The notes beneath the pieces were generated by a model, which was given only the letters and a program-made list of their open reading frames with translations, was not told where the DNA came from and did not search any database. Position numbers and translations under genes: made by a program. This document shows positions 38,576-52,076 of a stretch of DNA of 64,000 bases, one piece after another. Within the stretch, counting starts at the first letter, position 1. Each line of letters opens with the position of its first letter. Origin of the DNA: Mobula hypostoma (lineage: Eukaryota); NCBI RefSeq assembly GCF_963921235.1, contig NC_086097.1, positions 169,448,001-169,512,000 of the forward strand. Direction: 5' to 3'.

Positions 38576-39395
38576 TCACTGTAGAGTGATAACTTCGCTA
38601 CTTTGGATTTTAAAACAATTTAGTAGCTCAGCAGTAATTGCACTTGAAGACGCATACCAAGCTTTGTAGACATTAAAGTTTCAAACTGGACTTCAAGTCA
38701 GCTAAGTCAGATGATCTTAAGTAGGAAGCACTAAGTGCGCTAATGGGGGGCAGCAACTGGAATCAAATGCAAGTGTAAATACAGGATGAAGACTTCAATC
38801 AACGACTGAACATTGAGAAGCTTACTATAATCAGATTTTCAATATCTGGTATCTCATCATTACCTCTGATGTAACTAATTATTTGCCATCAGCAGCATTG
38901 AAAAACAACAATTGACATACCAAGAATATCATTCAAATGAGGAAGGAAACCATGTCAAATTAAGTCCTACAACATAGTTAAAATATTTTCTGCAACAAAT
39001 GATTCTGTACAGAAAAATAGTATCCCAGGTCAAATCACTTAACTAGAATTGTGGAATTGTTCCCACACAGGAAGCTAAAATTTGGCTAAGTTGGTGCAAC
39101 AAAGAAAAAATCAGTTTGCTAAAAATCTGACTTCCTCAACAGCATGGACCTATGCAAAATTAAAAAAATATATAACTTAAATGTTCATTTGCAATTTTGT
39201 ATTTGAATAAAATAGAATTTTTTTTTCCAACTAAACTTCCCCTTGCTGTTCAAAATTAATTTTGGTTACAATGCCTTCATTGATTTGTTAACTTTGTTGA
39301 ATCTTTCAGATATATGCGAAGTTTCCTTTATGACACTTGCGTTTGTTGCAAGCCACGTTTGAAAATAGTGTGCACACAGGGACTCTCAAACATAC

Positions 39396-39562
39396 CATCT
39401 AGATTTTCAAGAGATATCCTGGATTTAACATCACGACTGTAGTTTAACTGCCTTGACAATCCATACTGTCCATTCACTTCTGATGCAGAAGAATCAAGTT
39501 CATTTGTATGCTTCTTCACATCAGAGATACGATGTGCATCAATGAAATCATCCACATTTTCC
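39396..39562 (-). CDS. CEP192: CEP192 coding exon 3
   Basis: LENVDDFIDAHRISDVKKHTNELDSSASEVNGQYGLSRQLNYSRDVKSRISLENLD. Polypyrimidine-CAG acceptor, GTATGT donor, 167 nt, phase 2-1 fits the neighbours. Confidence 0.82.
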
Positions 39563-39724
39563 CTGTATAAAAAATTAATGACAGAAAATGCAGTGATATC
39601 GCAACATTTCCAAACTTCAGCAGATCTCCTGCTTTTGAGCAGTCGTCACAATATTTTTAAAATTTCAAGATTTATATTGCAAGAACAAGTTATAGACCAT
39701 CATCAACTCAATAATGTTTTATAC

Positions 39725-42700
39725 CAGTGATTCCCAACGGGGGCGGTTACATGTCTTAAGGGGACGTTAGGAGTCGTCATGGGGGGAGGGAGGGGGGCGT
39801 TCAAGATTCTTGGGGGTGGGCGGCAGTAAGCAGCACCCTATCTTGAGGCACGAAACCTGATCAACTGTTAGTAGAGCAGGCACATCCAAAAAAAAAAGGA
39901 TGAGGCAGTGGAACACAGGAAGAACCATAGCTCTGCAGGTGGTGAGCACTCATCACAACATGCCTGAAACTCAGCAATCTCATCCAACCTTACCAACCAA
40001 ACAGACATTTTTGGGGATGCACAGATTAGCAATCAGGATGCCCAATCCCCTTGACTCACAGCGCAGAATGACCTCATGCAATTTAACCCCCTCAACTTTC
40101 TGTGCAGTTCTACAGAAAACAGATCATGTAATGATACAGCGCTAGCTGAAACCAAACAGTGAAATACAATTTATCAGTGAACCTGCCGACCCCAAGGATC
40201 CCTCGAGATGTTCAAAGCAACCTCAGCTTCTTATATAAAGTCAAGAACTATTTTTGGGGATTGAGACCTTACATGATTGGTCAATCGTGCTAAATGGAAT
40301 AGTATAAAAGTAGCCTGCCGAACACCAGCTCTAAAAAGGATCTAAAAAGCGTGGATTGGGACAGGTTGTTCTCTGGCAAAGATGTCATTGGTTGGTGGGA
40401 AGCCTTCAAAGGGGAAATTTTGAGAGTGCAGAGTTTGTATGTTCCTGTCAGGATTAAAGGCAAATTGAATAGAAATAAGGAACCTTGGTTCTCAAGGGAT
40501 ATTGCAACTCTGATAAAGAAGATGAGGGAGTTGTATGAAATATATAGGAAACAGGGGGTAAATCAGGTGCTTGAGGAGTATAAAAAGTGCAAGAAAATAC
40601 TTAAGAAAGAAATCAGGAGGGCTAAAAGAAGACATGAGGTTGCCTTGGCAGTCAAAGTGAAGGATAATCCAAAGAGCTTTTACAAGTATATTAAGAGCAA
40701 AAGGATTGTAAGGGATAAAATTGGTCCTCTTAAAGATCAGAGTGGTCGGCTTTGTGCGGAACCAAAGGAAATGGGGGAGATCTTAAATAGGTTTTTTGCG
40801 TCTGTATTTACTAAGGAAGCTGGCATGAAATCTATGGAATTGAGGGAATCAAGTAGTGAGACCATGGAAACTGTACAGATTAAAAAGGAGGTGGTGCTTG
40901 CTGTCTTGAGGAAAATTAAAGTGGATAAATCCCCGGGACCTGACAGAGTGTTCCCTCAGACCTTGAAGGAGACTAGTGTTGAAATTGCAGGGGCCCTGGC
41001 AGAAATATTTAAAATGTCACTGTCGACGGGTGAAGTGCCGGAGGATTGGAGAGTGGCTCATGTTGTTCCGTTGTTTAAAAAAGGATCGAAAAGTAATCCG
41101 GGAAATTACAGGCCGGTGAGTTTAACGTCAGTAGTAGGTAAGTTATTGGAGGGAGTACTAAGAGACAGAATCTACAAGCATTTGGATAGACAGGGGCTTA
41201 TTAGGGAGAGTCAACATGGCTTTGTGCGTGATAGGTCATGTTTGACCAATCTGTTGGGAGTTTTTCGAGGAGGTTACCAGGAAAGTGGATGAAGGGAAGG
41301 CAGTGGATATTGTCTACATGGACTTCAGTAAGGCCTTTGACAAGGACCTGCATGGGAGGTTAGTTAGGAAAATTCAGTCGCTAGGTATGCATGGAGAGGT
41401 GGTAAATTGGATTGGACATTGGCTCAATGGAAGAAGCCAGAGAGTGGTGGTAGAAAATTGCTTTTCTGAGTGGAGGCCTGTGTCTAGTGGTGTGCCACAG
41501 GGATCAGTGCTGGGTCCATTGTTATTTGTCATCTATATCAATGATCTGGATGATAATGTGGTAAATTGGATCAGCAAGTTTGCTGATGATACAAAGATTG
41601 GAGGTGTAGTAGACAGTGAGGAAGATTTTCAGAGCCTGCAGAGGGATTTAGACCAGCTGGAAAAATGGGCTGAAAAATGGCAGATGGAGTTTAATACTGA
41701 CAAGTGTGAGGTATTGCACGTTGGAAGGACAAACCAACGTAGAACATACAGGGTTAATGGTAAGGCACTGAGGAGTGCAGTGGAACAGAGGGATCTGGGA
41801 ATACAGATACAAAATTCCCTAAAAGTGTCGTCACAGGTAGATAGGGTCGTAAAGAGAGCTTTTGGTACATTGGCCTTTATTCATCGAAGTATTGAGTATA
41901 AGAGCTGGAATGTTATGATGAGGTTGTATAAGGCATTGGTGAGGCCGAATCTGGAGTATTGTGTTCAGTTTTGGTCACCAAATTACAGGAAGGATATAAA
42001 TAAGGTTGAAAGAGTGCAGAGAAGGTTTACAAGGATGTTACCGGGACTTGAGAAACTCAGTTACAGAGAAAGGTTGAATAGGTTAGGACTTTATTCCCTG
42101 GAGCGTAGAAGAATGAGGGGAGATTTGATAGAGGTATATAAAATTATGATGGGTATAGACAGAGTGAATGCAAGCAGGCTTTTTCCACTGAGGCAAGGGG
42201 AGAAAAAAACCAGAGGACATGGGTTAAGGGTGAGAGGGGAAAAGTTTAAAGGGAACATTAGGAGGGGTTTCTTCACACAGAGAGTGGTGGGAGTATGGAA
42301 TGAGCTGCCAGACGAGGTGGTAAATGCGGGTTCTTTTTTAACATTTAAGAATAAATTGGACAGATACATGGATGGGAGGTGTACGGAAGGATATGGTCCG
42401 TGTGCAGGTCAGTGGGACTAGGCAGAAAATGGTTCGGCACAGCCAAGAAGGGCCAAAAGGCCTGTTTCTGTGCTGTAGTTTCTATGGTTCTATCCCGACA
42501 AACATTCAGATTCCAATCCTTGTCAACATAATTTTACCTGTTGATATCATCACCTTGTCATTCCTTTGCGTGCCGCCACCATCAATCTATTTGAGTCAAC
42601 TTGCTGCCGTCATCAGCATCCGATAGGCATTCCCTGTTTTCCCCCCGGTGTTAATTTTTTATTTTACTTTAGCCCCGTTGATGACAGGGCTAAAGTAAAA

Positions 42701-44741
42701 TACAGTACAATCTCTATGAGTCTGAAGGCGACGAAGCCCTGAATTATAATCCTGCTAAGCAATAGAAACGACAGAAAATGCGTCAATACAATGTTACATA
42801 CCTGTATAGTTCTATTCCGTTCCCATCAGATCAACGACACCCTATGTCTTATTTGTAATACTGTACTGTCTAGAGAAGCCATGAAACCATCAAGATTGCA
42901 GCAACACTCCCATAAAAGACACCCTGAAAAGGCGACTTATGGTATTACTCAGTTTCAGAAGATGAAAGAAGCATTTGAAAAGTGTTGCACACTCGAGTCA
43001 TTTGCCAAGAAAGCTAAAAATGACCTTGATCATGGTCTCACTGCTTCTTATAACATTTCCAAAATGATAGCAAAGTGTGGAAACTCTCATACAATTGGTG
43101 AAAGATTAATAATGCTTGCTGTGTCAGAAGTGCTCACTACCATTCTCAAAATAGATACCAGTATTTTAAAATAAATTCCTCCGAGTGGTAACTCTGTAGC
43201 TTGTCACATTGACGGAATGAGTGAAGACATTGAACATCAACTACGCACAGAGCTACAAAAACCAGAATTTGGGATTCAACTGGATGAGTCAACTATGCGA
43301 GACAACGAGGCACTGCTAATGGCGTATGTATGGTTTATCAAAAATGGAAACGTTTTTGAAGAGATTCTTTTTTGTAAAAAGTTAAAAACAAATATCAGAG
43401 AACCAATCTACGAGCTCAAAATGTATATTGAGAATAAAAGTATTCCGATTAGAAACACGATTTCCTGTGCAACAAATGGTGCACCATACATGACAGGACG
43501 TCATGCTAGTATAGTGGCATTTATGAAAAAGAAATTCTAAGTCTGTTTGCAATCCATTGTGTAATTCATCAACATCTCGCAACGAAAAACATCAGCCAAC
43601 GACTTTTTTCAAACATGACTTTTGTAATATCTGCTTTCAACAAAATTAAAGCTCATCCATTAAATAGCAGACTATTTCTCCAGTTGTGCCAAGATAATGA
43701 GAGTTTGAATGCTTGCTTCTTCACACTAAAGTGCAATGGCTGTCATAAGGCTGTTGCATAAAACATTTCTTCCACCTTTTTGACACACTGGTTGAATTTC
43801 TGCACAGTCAACAAGATCTTGGGAAACACATTTGAACTTCTGTGTGGAGATGTGGCATACCACACCGATCTGTATGACAAAATGAACATTCTAAATATGA
43901 AACTGCATGGTGAGAATTTCAATTTAATCCAGGCAAAAAGTGCAATGTCCACTTTTATTGGAAAATTGTAAATGTTTCAGCAAAATATTGGAAGAAGAAT
44001 GTTCAGTTTCCCTGCATGGAAAGTGTGGCACTCTCTTTCACAGACATTGATTTGGTAAGAGTATTGCTTACACCTGCAGTCACTGAAGAAGGATTTTCAG
44101 AATCGATTCAAGGATTTGAACGATCTGGAAATTCCGGACTGGGTAATTAACTCATTTCTTTGCAAAATGGGAGAACAGGTAGAGAGCTTGCAAGAAGAAA
44201 TTATCGAAATTCAGAATGATGAAGCAGCAAAATTGCTTTTTAAAAATATTGGCTTTTGTGGTACATGGCTACACTGTCGTACAAAGTTTCCTGGTCTTTG
44301 AAGAGCCAAACTGCTCTTCATTGCATTTCCATCCTCCTACCTTTTTGAAAGAGGCTTCAGTGCAGTGAACCACATACTCACAAAAATACAGAAACCACTT
44401 GGACACTGTTACCCGTGGGGACCAAAGACTTTTGCTGTCACAACTTGAACCAGATATTTCAACTCTTGATAAAAACCAACAAGCTCAAGGATCACATTGA
44501 TATAGAAGCTGCTGTACAGCATACAGATACTGTGTAAGCTAGATTTAAAGTCAAATGAAAATTTAAAGCAGAATCATTTTTCTCATGTTTGCATATGGTC
44601 ATCATGTTTTTACACTATAGGGACACTGGAAAGTACATTGTGCCTAAGAGAGACACTGACAAGTATGAAGGACCTTTATGGGGCGTTGTCTAGTATGAAA
44701 GTTTCTGATGGGGTGTTGGGTTTAAAGGTTGGGAAACACTG
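39725..44741 (+). mobile_element. hAT (Charlie/Buster-like) DNA transposon with transposase pseudogene (about 42715-44500) and a nested CR1
   Basis: TIRs CAGTGATTCCCAAC / GTTGGGAAACACTG. Degenerate 8-bp TSD TTTTATAC / GTTTACAC. BED-like CLICNTVL..EAMKPSRLQQH, SHTIGERLI, FGIQLDEST and ATNGAPYMTG motifs. Confidence 0.88.
40333..42492 (+). mobile_element. Relatively young 5'-truncated CR1 LINE
   Basis: ORF2 open apart from one frameshift near 41260 (313 + 378 aa). GVPQGSVLGP and KFADDTK motifs; tail TTCTATGGTTCTAT. Confidence 0.94.
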
Positions 44742-45728
44742 GTTTACACACTATCAAACTTTTAAACACTTTTCCAAAGTTTCATCTATACCTTGATATT
44801 GTCACATGCAGATGACACTTAACATGATAAACACTATGATACTATTCATAAGACCATAAGACATTCAGATTAGATTACATGATGTAACAGAAACTTCCAG
44901 AAGATTCTGACATTCCATGGTGAAGTGCATCAGGTTTGCAACTATACTAAATATAACACCAGAGCTCATTTACGTAAAGTGCACTAATTAATTTAATTTT
45001 ATTTTGCTATCAATACACAGGAAGGCAGTTTTTCTATTTGCACACATTGAATCAGTAAATGGAGTCTATTCCTGTGCACTGACCTTGAGAATGGTGAAAT
45101 AGACAACTAAATTAAGCAAACAAGCTGGAAATTTTACTCTAAAGCTTCTGAATTAAGGTGCTTCATGTTCCAGAAAGACTGTCATTCAATACTGGCAAAC
45201 TGAGTTCAAGGAAATTGTCTGCATCTTATGCTCAGGTGTTCCACACAATCTTCAAATACATTTATAAAAACCTCTTATGTAGGTTGAAAAAAAGAATCAA
45301 GACTTTTTATACACCAAAATGAAACTAAACTCATGGGGTTTAAAGAGGAAATCAAAATGCTGATCTGAAAAAAAAAGCAGAGAGCATAAATGCTGTAATC
45401 ACTTTTTAGACAGGAGGAAAGTAAACAGTGATGTAACACAGGGGTCACTTTTTTTTTACATTATCTACATTGCACTGGACCTCATTATGAGAAAACTTAA
45501 AGAGTTTGTAAATGACACAAAATCTTGAAGTATAGCAAAAAGTGAAGACAGCAGATTGCAGAAGGCACACAAAATAGTGTAATGGACCAGAAGATGGGCA
45601 TGCAAATTTAACTCAAAAAGTCAGTGCTATTAGTCATTGACTTTAACTTGTCACTTTCCTTGAAACAGTTTTCTTTTAGCTTTATATACAGATGTTAAGA
45701 CCAGCCAAAATCTGTCTGCATGTATCAA

Positions 45729-47482
45729 ACAAAAAAAAATCTACTGATGCTGTAAATCCAAGCAACACACAAAATGCTAGAGGAACTCAGCAGGCCAGAC
45801 AGCATCTATGGAAAAAGGGTAGAGTCAACGTTTTAGGCCGAGACCCTTCATCAGGACTGGACAAAGAAAGATGATGAGTTAGAATTAGAAGGTGGGGGAG
45901 GGGAGGAAGAAACACAAGGTGATAGGTGAAACTGGGGGGATGGTGGTGTGAAATAAAGAGCTGTGGTTAATAGGTTAAAGAAATACAGGGCTGGAGAAGG
46001 GGGAATCTGACAGGAGAGGCTCGAGTCCATGGAAGAAAAGGGGGAGAGCACCAAAGGGAAGTGATGGGCAAGTAAGGAGATAATCTTTCCATCATCTCCA
46101 ATGGGATTCCACCACAAAGCACATCTTTCCTCCCTCCCAACCCTTACCCCCACCCCCAATTTTCTGATTTCCATAGAGATCGTTCCCTATGCGACTCCCT
46201 TGCCCATCTTCCCTCACTGATCTCCCTTCTGGCACTTATCCTTGCAACTGATGTTAATCCATGGCCTTCTCGACGGTCATAATGAGGCCACACTTAGGTT
46301 GGAGAAGCAACACCTTATGTTCTGTCTGGGTAGCAACTAAGCTGATGGCATGAATATTGATTTCTCAAACTTCCGATAATGCTCCCCCACCTCCCTTCAC
46401 CATTTCCCAACCCCGTTCCCTCAATGTCACAAAAACAAAGGAGCTGGTTGTGGACTACATGAGGAATGGAGACAGGCGAGCCCCTATAGACATTAATGGA
46501 TCTGGGGTTGAGAGGGTGAACAGCTTGAAGTTCCTCAGCCTACATATCACCAAGGAGCTCACGTAGTCTGTACATACTCGCTGTGTGGTGAAAAAGGCAC
46601 AACAGTGCTTCTTTCACATCAGACGGTTGAAGAAGTTTAGTGTGAGCCCCAAATCCTAAGAACTTTCTATAGGGACACAAATGAGAGCATCCTGATTGCC
46701 TGCATCACTCAACTGTACTTCCCTCAATCACAGGACTCGGCAGAGAGTGGTGCAGACAGCCCAGCACATCTGTAGGTGTGAACTTCCCACTATTCAGGGC
46801 ATTTACAAAGACAGGCATGTAAAAAGGGTCCGAAAGATCATTCTGGACTCAAGTCACCCCAACCACAAACTGCTCCTTCTGCTACCATCCGGGAAATGCT
46901 ACTGTAGCATAAAAGCCAGGACCAACAGGCTCCGGGACAGCTTCTTCCACCAGGTCAACAGACTGCTTAACTCATGCTGACACAACTGTATTTTTGTGTT
47001 ACTTTGACTAACCTGTTGTACATACTACTTATTATAAATTACTATAACTTGCACATTGCACGTTCAGACGAAGACACAACGCAAAGAGTTTTACTCCTCG
47101 TGTATATGAAGAATGTAAGTAATAAAGTCAATTCAATTCACTCTCACTCACCTCATCTCCTTACCTGCCCATCACCTCCCTCTGGTGCTCCTTCCCTTTT
47201 TCTTTCTTCCATGGCCCTCTGTCCTCTCCTGGCAGATTCCCCCTTCTCCAGCCCTGTATCTCTTTCACCTATCAACTTCCCAGCATTTTACCTCACCCCT
47301 GCCCCCTCCCAGTTTTACCTATTACTTTGTGTTTCTTCCACCCCTCCCCCCACCTTCTTACTATGACACCTCATCTTTTTTCCTCCAGTCCTGATGAAGG
47401 GTCTCTGCCCGAAATGTTAACTATACTCTTCCATAGATGATGCCTGGCCTGCTGAGTTCCTCCAGCATTTTGTATGAGTTGC
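45729..47482 (-). mobile_element. Older PLE fold-back element #7, interrupted by a LINE
   Basis: Diverged inverted arms. TSD CTGCATGT(A/C)TCAA at 45716-45728 and 47483-47495. GIY-YIG C-terminal remnant near 46250-46375. Confidence 0.8.
46411..47140 (+). mobile_element. Rex1/Babar-like LINE 3' fragment nested in PLE #7
   Basis: SLNVTKTKELVVDY...VERVNSLKFL and RTNRLRDSFF motifs; tail AATAAAGTCAATTCAATTCA. Confidence 0.82.
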
Positions 47483-47519
47483 CTGCATGTCTCAAGTTCA
47501 GCAATGACCAGATACTTAC

Positions 47520-47642
47520 AAGTCATCTTTAAAACTAAGGACAAATTTTTTACAGGTTTCAGAATATGAAACGTTCGGTGGATGTATTTCCATGACAGAA
47601 AATCTTCCTTCTTCCATGTATGAAGCTTGACTATCTGGAATT
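47520..47642 (-). CDS. CEP192: CEP192 coding exon 2
   Basis: RIPDSQASYMEEGRFSVMEIHPPNVSYSETCKKFVLSFKDDL resembles human YPDIQASYLVEGRFSV...LQLSFQDDD. TAG acceptor, GTAAGT donor, 123 nt, phase 2-2. Confidence 0.93.
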
Positions 47643-49666
47643 CTACAGGAAAAACATAAATTCTCAAAAAATTGCACAATAATGCACATACATATTTAGA
47701 AACAATAACGCTGTTGTTTCAATGATTTCTGAAACTTGCTGAATTTGTCTCACAGAAGGTCGTAGGCTTAATTGATTCATATGTAGAAAGTAGATATTTT
47801 TGGACAGAAGTATCCAGGACCAGTTCTGCAAGGCTTTACGAGGGTAATGGGCATGACGTAATCAAATTACATGATTGGCCTAGAAGATAACCTACCAAAA
47901 AAAAACAGCTGCAAAGACTGACAGCCTGCAAATCTACCCTCCCAGCTTTCCAACTTTTCCATCTGTTAAACTTGTCATTTACCTACTTCCCCACCCCCTC
48001 AATGGAGTTTTAACATCCTTTACTCCTCAGCTTAAAAGTTCCAATAAAGAAAATTAGACCTCATGTTAGATCTAAACTGGAGCAGTTTCTGAAGTCAAAT
48101 TCCCCACTAACTTCATGCTCTACTTTTGGGATTTTATATGGAGTCCCTGGCACAGGGCAAGCAAGAAGCTGTCAAAGTAGCTCGGCATTTGTGGACAAGT
48201 ACAAATTTCCTGGCATGTATGACTGCAATACTAACTATTCTTTGCAGAATTGCTAAGTTTCCAAGGAAGTGCAGACCCAAATATCAAGAGGATAATATTA
48301 ATACTTAATAACTTATGATCAAGACTGAATAATTACACACTTCATTTAATCTCAGTCCAAAAAAAGGGGTCATTTTTCAGCCAACATCAAATTTTCTTTC
48401 TAACAAGCACAGGCTTACATTGTACAATGGCAACACAAGTTTGCTTGGGTTACCACATTCTTTGCACAAGCACGTGTCAATCTATTGACCATTTGGTCTG
48501 GCAGATGAACATGCAAATAAAGTGGTATGGATCACATATGGTGGACAGTGAAGGGGGTTGTTAAGTTCATAACAGGATCTAAATCAACCAGGAGAGTGGA
48601 CAAAAGTTCAAAGCAAAATTTATCATCAGAGTGCATACATGTCACCACATAACCATGACATTCTTTTTCTTGCAGGGATACTTAGCAAATCTATAGAACA
48701 GTGACTGTCAACAGGATCAATGAACAACAAACTGAAAATGCCAATATAAATAAACAGTGATAAATAACATGCATGAAATTACAAGATTATGAGTCCTTAA
48801 AGTGAGACCATTGGATATGGGAACACCAGAAATAGAATGTGTGGCAGATGGAATTTAACCCGGACAAATGCAAAATGATGCATTTTGGGAAGTTTATCTA
48901 GGCAAAACAAAGATGGTGAAAGGCACTTGGGGTCTAAGTATGTAGTTCCCTGAAAATAACAGCACAGGTAGGCAGGGTAATGAAGATAAATTTCACAAGT
49001 ACTGGGATGAAGTGAAAAGCTTTATTTAGCATGCCAGAAGGATCATTCCAAATGCAAGTATATCAAAAAGGAAAAGCAACATCAGAATGCAGAACATAAG
49101 AGTTAATTACAGAGAAAGTTCAGTGCAGGTATATACAACAAAGACCATAAGAAGTTTAGATTGAGAGATCTAGAGATTATCTTATTGTCTGTTTAAGAGT
49201 CTCAAACAGCAGGACCGAAGCTGTCCTTGAGCAATCCAAACAAAGTGCTGGAAGGAATCAACAAGTAGCACCTACGGAGGGGAATAAACAGTTGACATTT
49301 CAGGCTGAGACTCTTCATCTGTTTCAGCTGTCCCTGAGCTTGGTGGTAACTTGGGACAAGATGCTGCACTTATACGTAACACTGGTGAAGCCATACTTGG
49401 AATATTTTTTGCAACTCTTGACAACACACAAAGGGAAGGTTGTGAGTAAGCTAGAAAGGATGCAGAAAAGATTCCAAATTGCCTTGTTTAGAGGGTTTGA
49501 GTTGGAGTGATTGGGTCTGTTTTCCCTGGAGTGAAGGAAGCCAACAGATGACAAGACAGAGGTATGTAAAATTATGGGAGGCATTGACAGGATTGTCAGT
49601 CTCGTTACCATGTCTAAAACAATAGCTCAGATTTTTAGGTAAAGGGAGATGGTTTAAAAGGGAATC

Positions 49667-50425
49667 ATAGAAAACACAGAAAACCTACAGCACAACACAG
49701 GCCCTTTGACCCACAAAGCTGTGCCGAACATATCCTTACCTTAGAAATTACCTCGGGTTACCCACAGCCCTCTATTTTTCGGAGCTCCATATACCTGTCC
49801 AGGAGTCTCCTAAAAAACCTTATCGTATCCATCTCCACCACCGCTGCCGGCAGCCCATTCCACGTACTCACCACTCTCTGTGTAAAACACTCACCCCTGA
49901 CATCTCCTCTGTACCTGCTTCCAAGCACCTTAAAACTGTGCCCTCACGTGCTAGCCGTTTCAGCCTGGGAAAAAGCCTCTGACTATCCACACGATCAATG
50001 CCTCTTATCATCTTGTACACCTCTATCAGGTCACCTCTCATCCTCTGTCACTCCAAGGAGAAAAGGTTGAGTTCACTCAACCTATTCTCATAAGGCATGC
50101 TCCCCAATCCAGGTAACATTCTTGTAAATCTCCTCTGCACCCTTTCTATGCTTTGCACATCCTTCCTGCAGTGAGGCGACCAGGACTGAGCACAGTACTC
50201 CAAGTGGGGTCTGACCAGGGTCCTGTATAGCTGCAACATTACCTCTCGGCTCTTAAACTCAATCCCACGTTTGATGAAGGCCAATGCAACACATGCTTTC
50301 TTAACCACAGTCAACCTGCGCAGCAGCTTTGAGTGTCCTATGGACTTGGACCCCAAGATCCCTCTGATCCTCCACACTGCCAAGAGTCTTACTATTAATA
50401 CTATATTCTGTCATCATGTTTGATC
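49667..50425 (-). mobile_element. CR1 3' fragment within older CR1 debris (about 48440-51000)
   Basis: LVRPHLEYCAQSWSPH...IERVQRRFTRMLPG motif. Confidence 0.82.
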
Positions 50426-51108
50426 GAAAGGAATTTTTCACAAAGAGTAGTTGGTATCTGAAATGAACTGCCAGAGTAGGAACATTTAAGAGGCATTTGG
50501 TCAAGTATTCAAATGAACAAAGTATAGATGAATGGGAATTAAGCCAGGCAAATGGGTAATTTTTTAAATATGCATAATGGTTGATATTGATGTGGTGGGT
50601 CAAATGACTTGTTTCTGTGGTGTACACATCTATGACTCTAAATAACATCCATAGATCCTTTATCCCCCATGATAGGGGCATCAAAAACCAGAGGGCATAG
50701 ATATTCGGTGAAAGGAAGGGGTTTTGAAGTGGATTTGAGCGGAAAACATTTTCTCCCCTTAGACTGGTTGATATCTGAAGTTCACTTATGGGGGAGATGA
50801 TGGATTCAGATGCAATCATCACCTTAACAAGACATTTAGGAAGACATTTAAGGAGGCAAACCACAGAAGGATACAGATCTGAAACAGGCAAATGGGATGA
50901 GTGTAAATATTCAAAGAGGTCAACACAGACATGGCCACCCAAAGGGCTTGCTTCAATTCTGCACAACTCTATAACTCTGGATAAGGGGAAAAGAGGTTGA
51001 CGTTTAGAATCATAACTCCACTGAAGGGCAGTACAGACCCAATAGGCTAAATGGAGGATTCCTTTTCCTGGTTCCATATAAACATGTACATCAAACCAAA
51101 GACCTCAC

Positions 51109-51272
51109 CTGCTACCCAAATCTGATTTTTTAGCAACTGTTGATGCAGCCACAGGAAGTCCAAAATTTGAAGTAACAGTAACATTTTCCAGTGTTTCATT
51201 GCTACTGCTCCTCACAGACTGCAACAGAAAACTAGGAAGTGTCTCATCCTCCAAGGTCCTGATACTTTCCAT
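51109..51272 (-). CDS. CEP192: CEP192 first coding exon (exon spans 51109-51297; ATG at 51272)
   Basis: Translates to MESIRTLEDETLPSFLLQSVRSSSNETLENVTVTSNFGLPVAASTVAKKSDLGSR, matching the human CEP192 N-terminus as recalled (MEDFRGIAEESFPSFL...LENVTLSSNLGLPVAVSTLA). CAG acceptor at 51298-51300, GTGAG donor, 164 coding nt, ends in phase 2. Confidence 0.95.
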
Positions 51273-51868
51273 TACGTTAGGGGCATTTGATCATAACCTG
51301 AAAACAAAAATAGTAATGATAAACATACTCACAAAAAGTTTGATTTGTGTAAGTCAACTCAGTTTAGCATTTGTTTCAAAATAACATCAAAAGTTCAGTT
51401 CTTTTTAATCCAGAAATTGATAATGTAAAAATTAAATTGAAGAAAATAAATTTATCCCATTAAAAATAAAAACCCAGGAAATTATGTTCAGCAAGTGAGG
51501 CAGCATCTTTGAAGAGATAAAACATAACCTGCATTCAAAAATGACAAAAATTAGGGAAAATCTTTTGCACATCTCGATGGTTACTGTAAGGGGTTTTTTT
51601 TTGGATAAAGACACCAAAAACTACACATGCTACTTCAAAAAGATTCAAGATCGAACTTTGATGTGTGTTGCAAGATCGTTTATTGTCATTTCCACTGCAC
51701 AAGTGTAAAGGAGAAAAAAATTATTTTACTCAGCCCTGCTGCAGCACAAAAAACATGGTAAGATAAAGAATACAATAATTTTTAAAAAGCCACAATAAAT
51801 ATAAATACATAAGATTGCTTAAACATAGATTAATTATATGCCTAGAAAGTGAAAATAGGCAGAGGAGA

Positions 51869-52076
51869 ACAACAGGAATTCTGCAGATGCTGGAAATTCA
51901 AGCAACACACATCAAAGTTGCTGGTGAATGCAGCAGGCCAGGCAGCATCTCTAGGAAGAGGTGCAGTCGACGTTTCAGGCCGAGACCCTTCGTCAGGACT
52001 CGTCCTGAAACGTCGACTGCACTTCTTCCTAGAGATGCTGCCTGGCCTGCTGCGTTCACCAGCAACTTTGATGTGT
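51869..52076 (-). mobile_element. PLE fold-back element #5, inside a LINE remnant (about 51645-52440)
   Basis: Inverted arms. TSD ATAGGCAGAGGAGA at 51855-51868 and 52077-52090. Confidence 0.9.
51965..52000 (-). ncRNA. Minimal hammerhead ribozyme motif on the CEP192 sense strand
   Basis: Reverse complement reads AGTC-CTGACGA-AGGGTCTCGGCCT-GAAA-C-GTC-GACT, intact. Confidence 0.72.

Noticed and set aside
42715..44500. Domesticated ZBED5/SCAND3/FAM200-like gene
   Set aside because: Multiple stops and frameshifts, and flanked by TIRs and a TSD: a dead transposon.
49230..49325. Additional PLE arm remnants (also about 30860-30945)
   Set aside because: Too degraded: no partner arm, TSD or intact ribozyme core, so not counted as fold-back elements.
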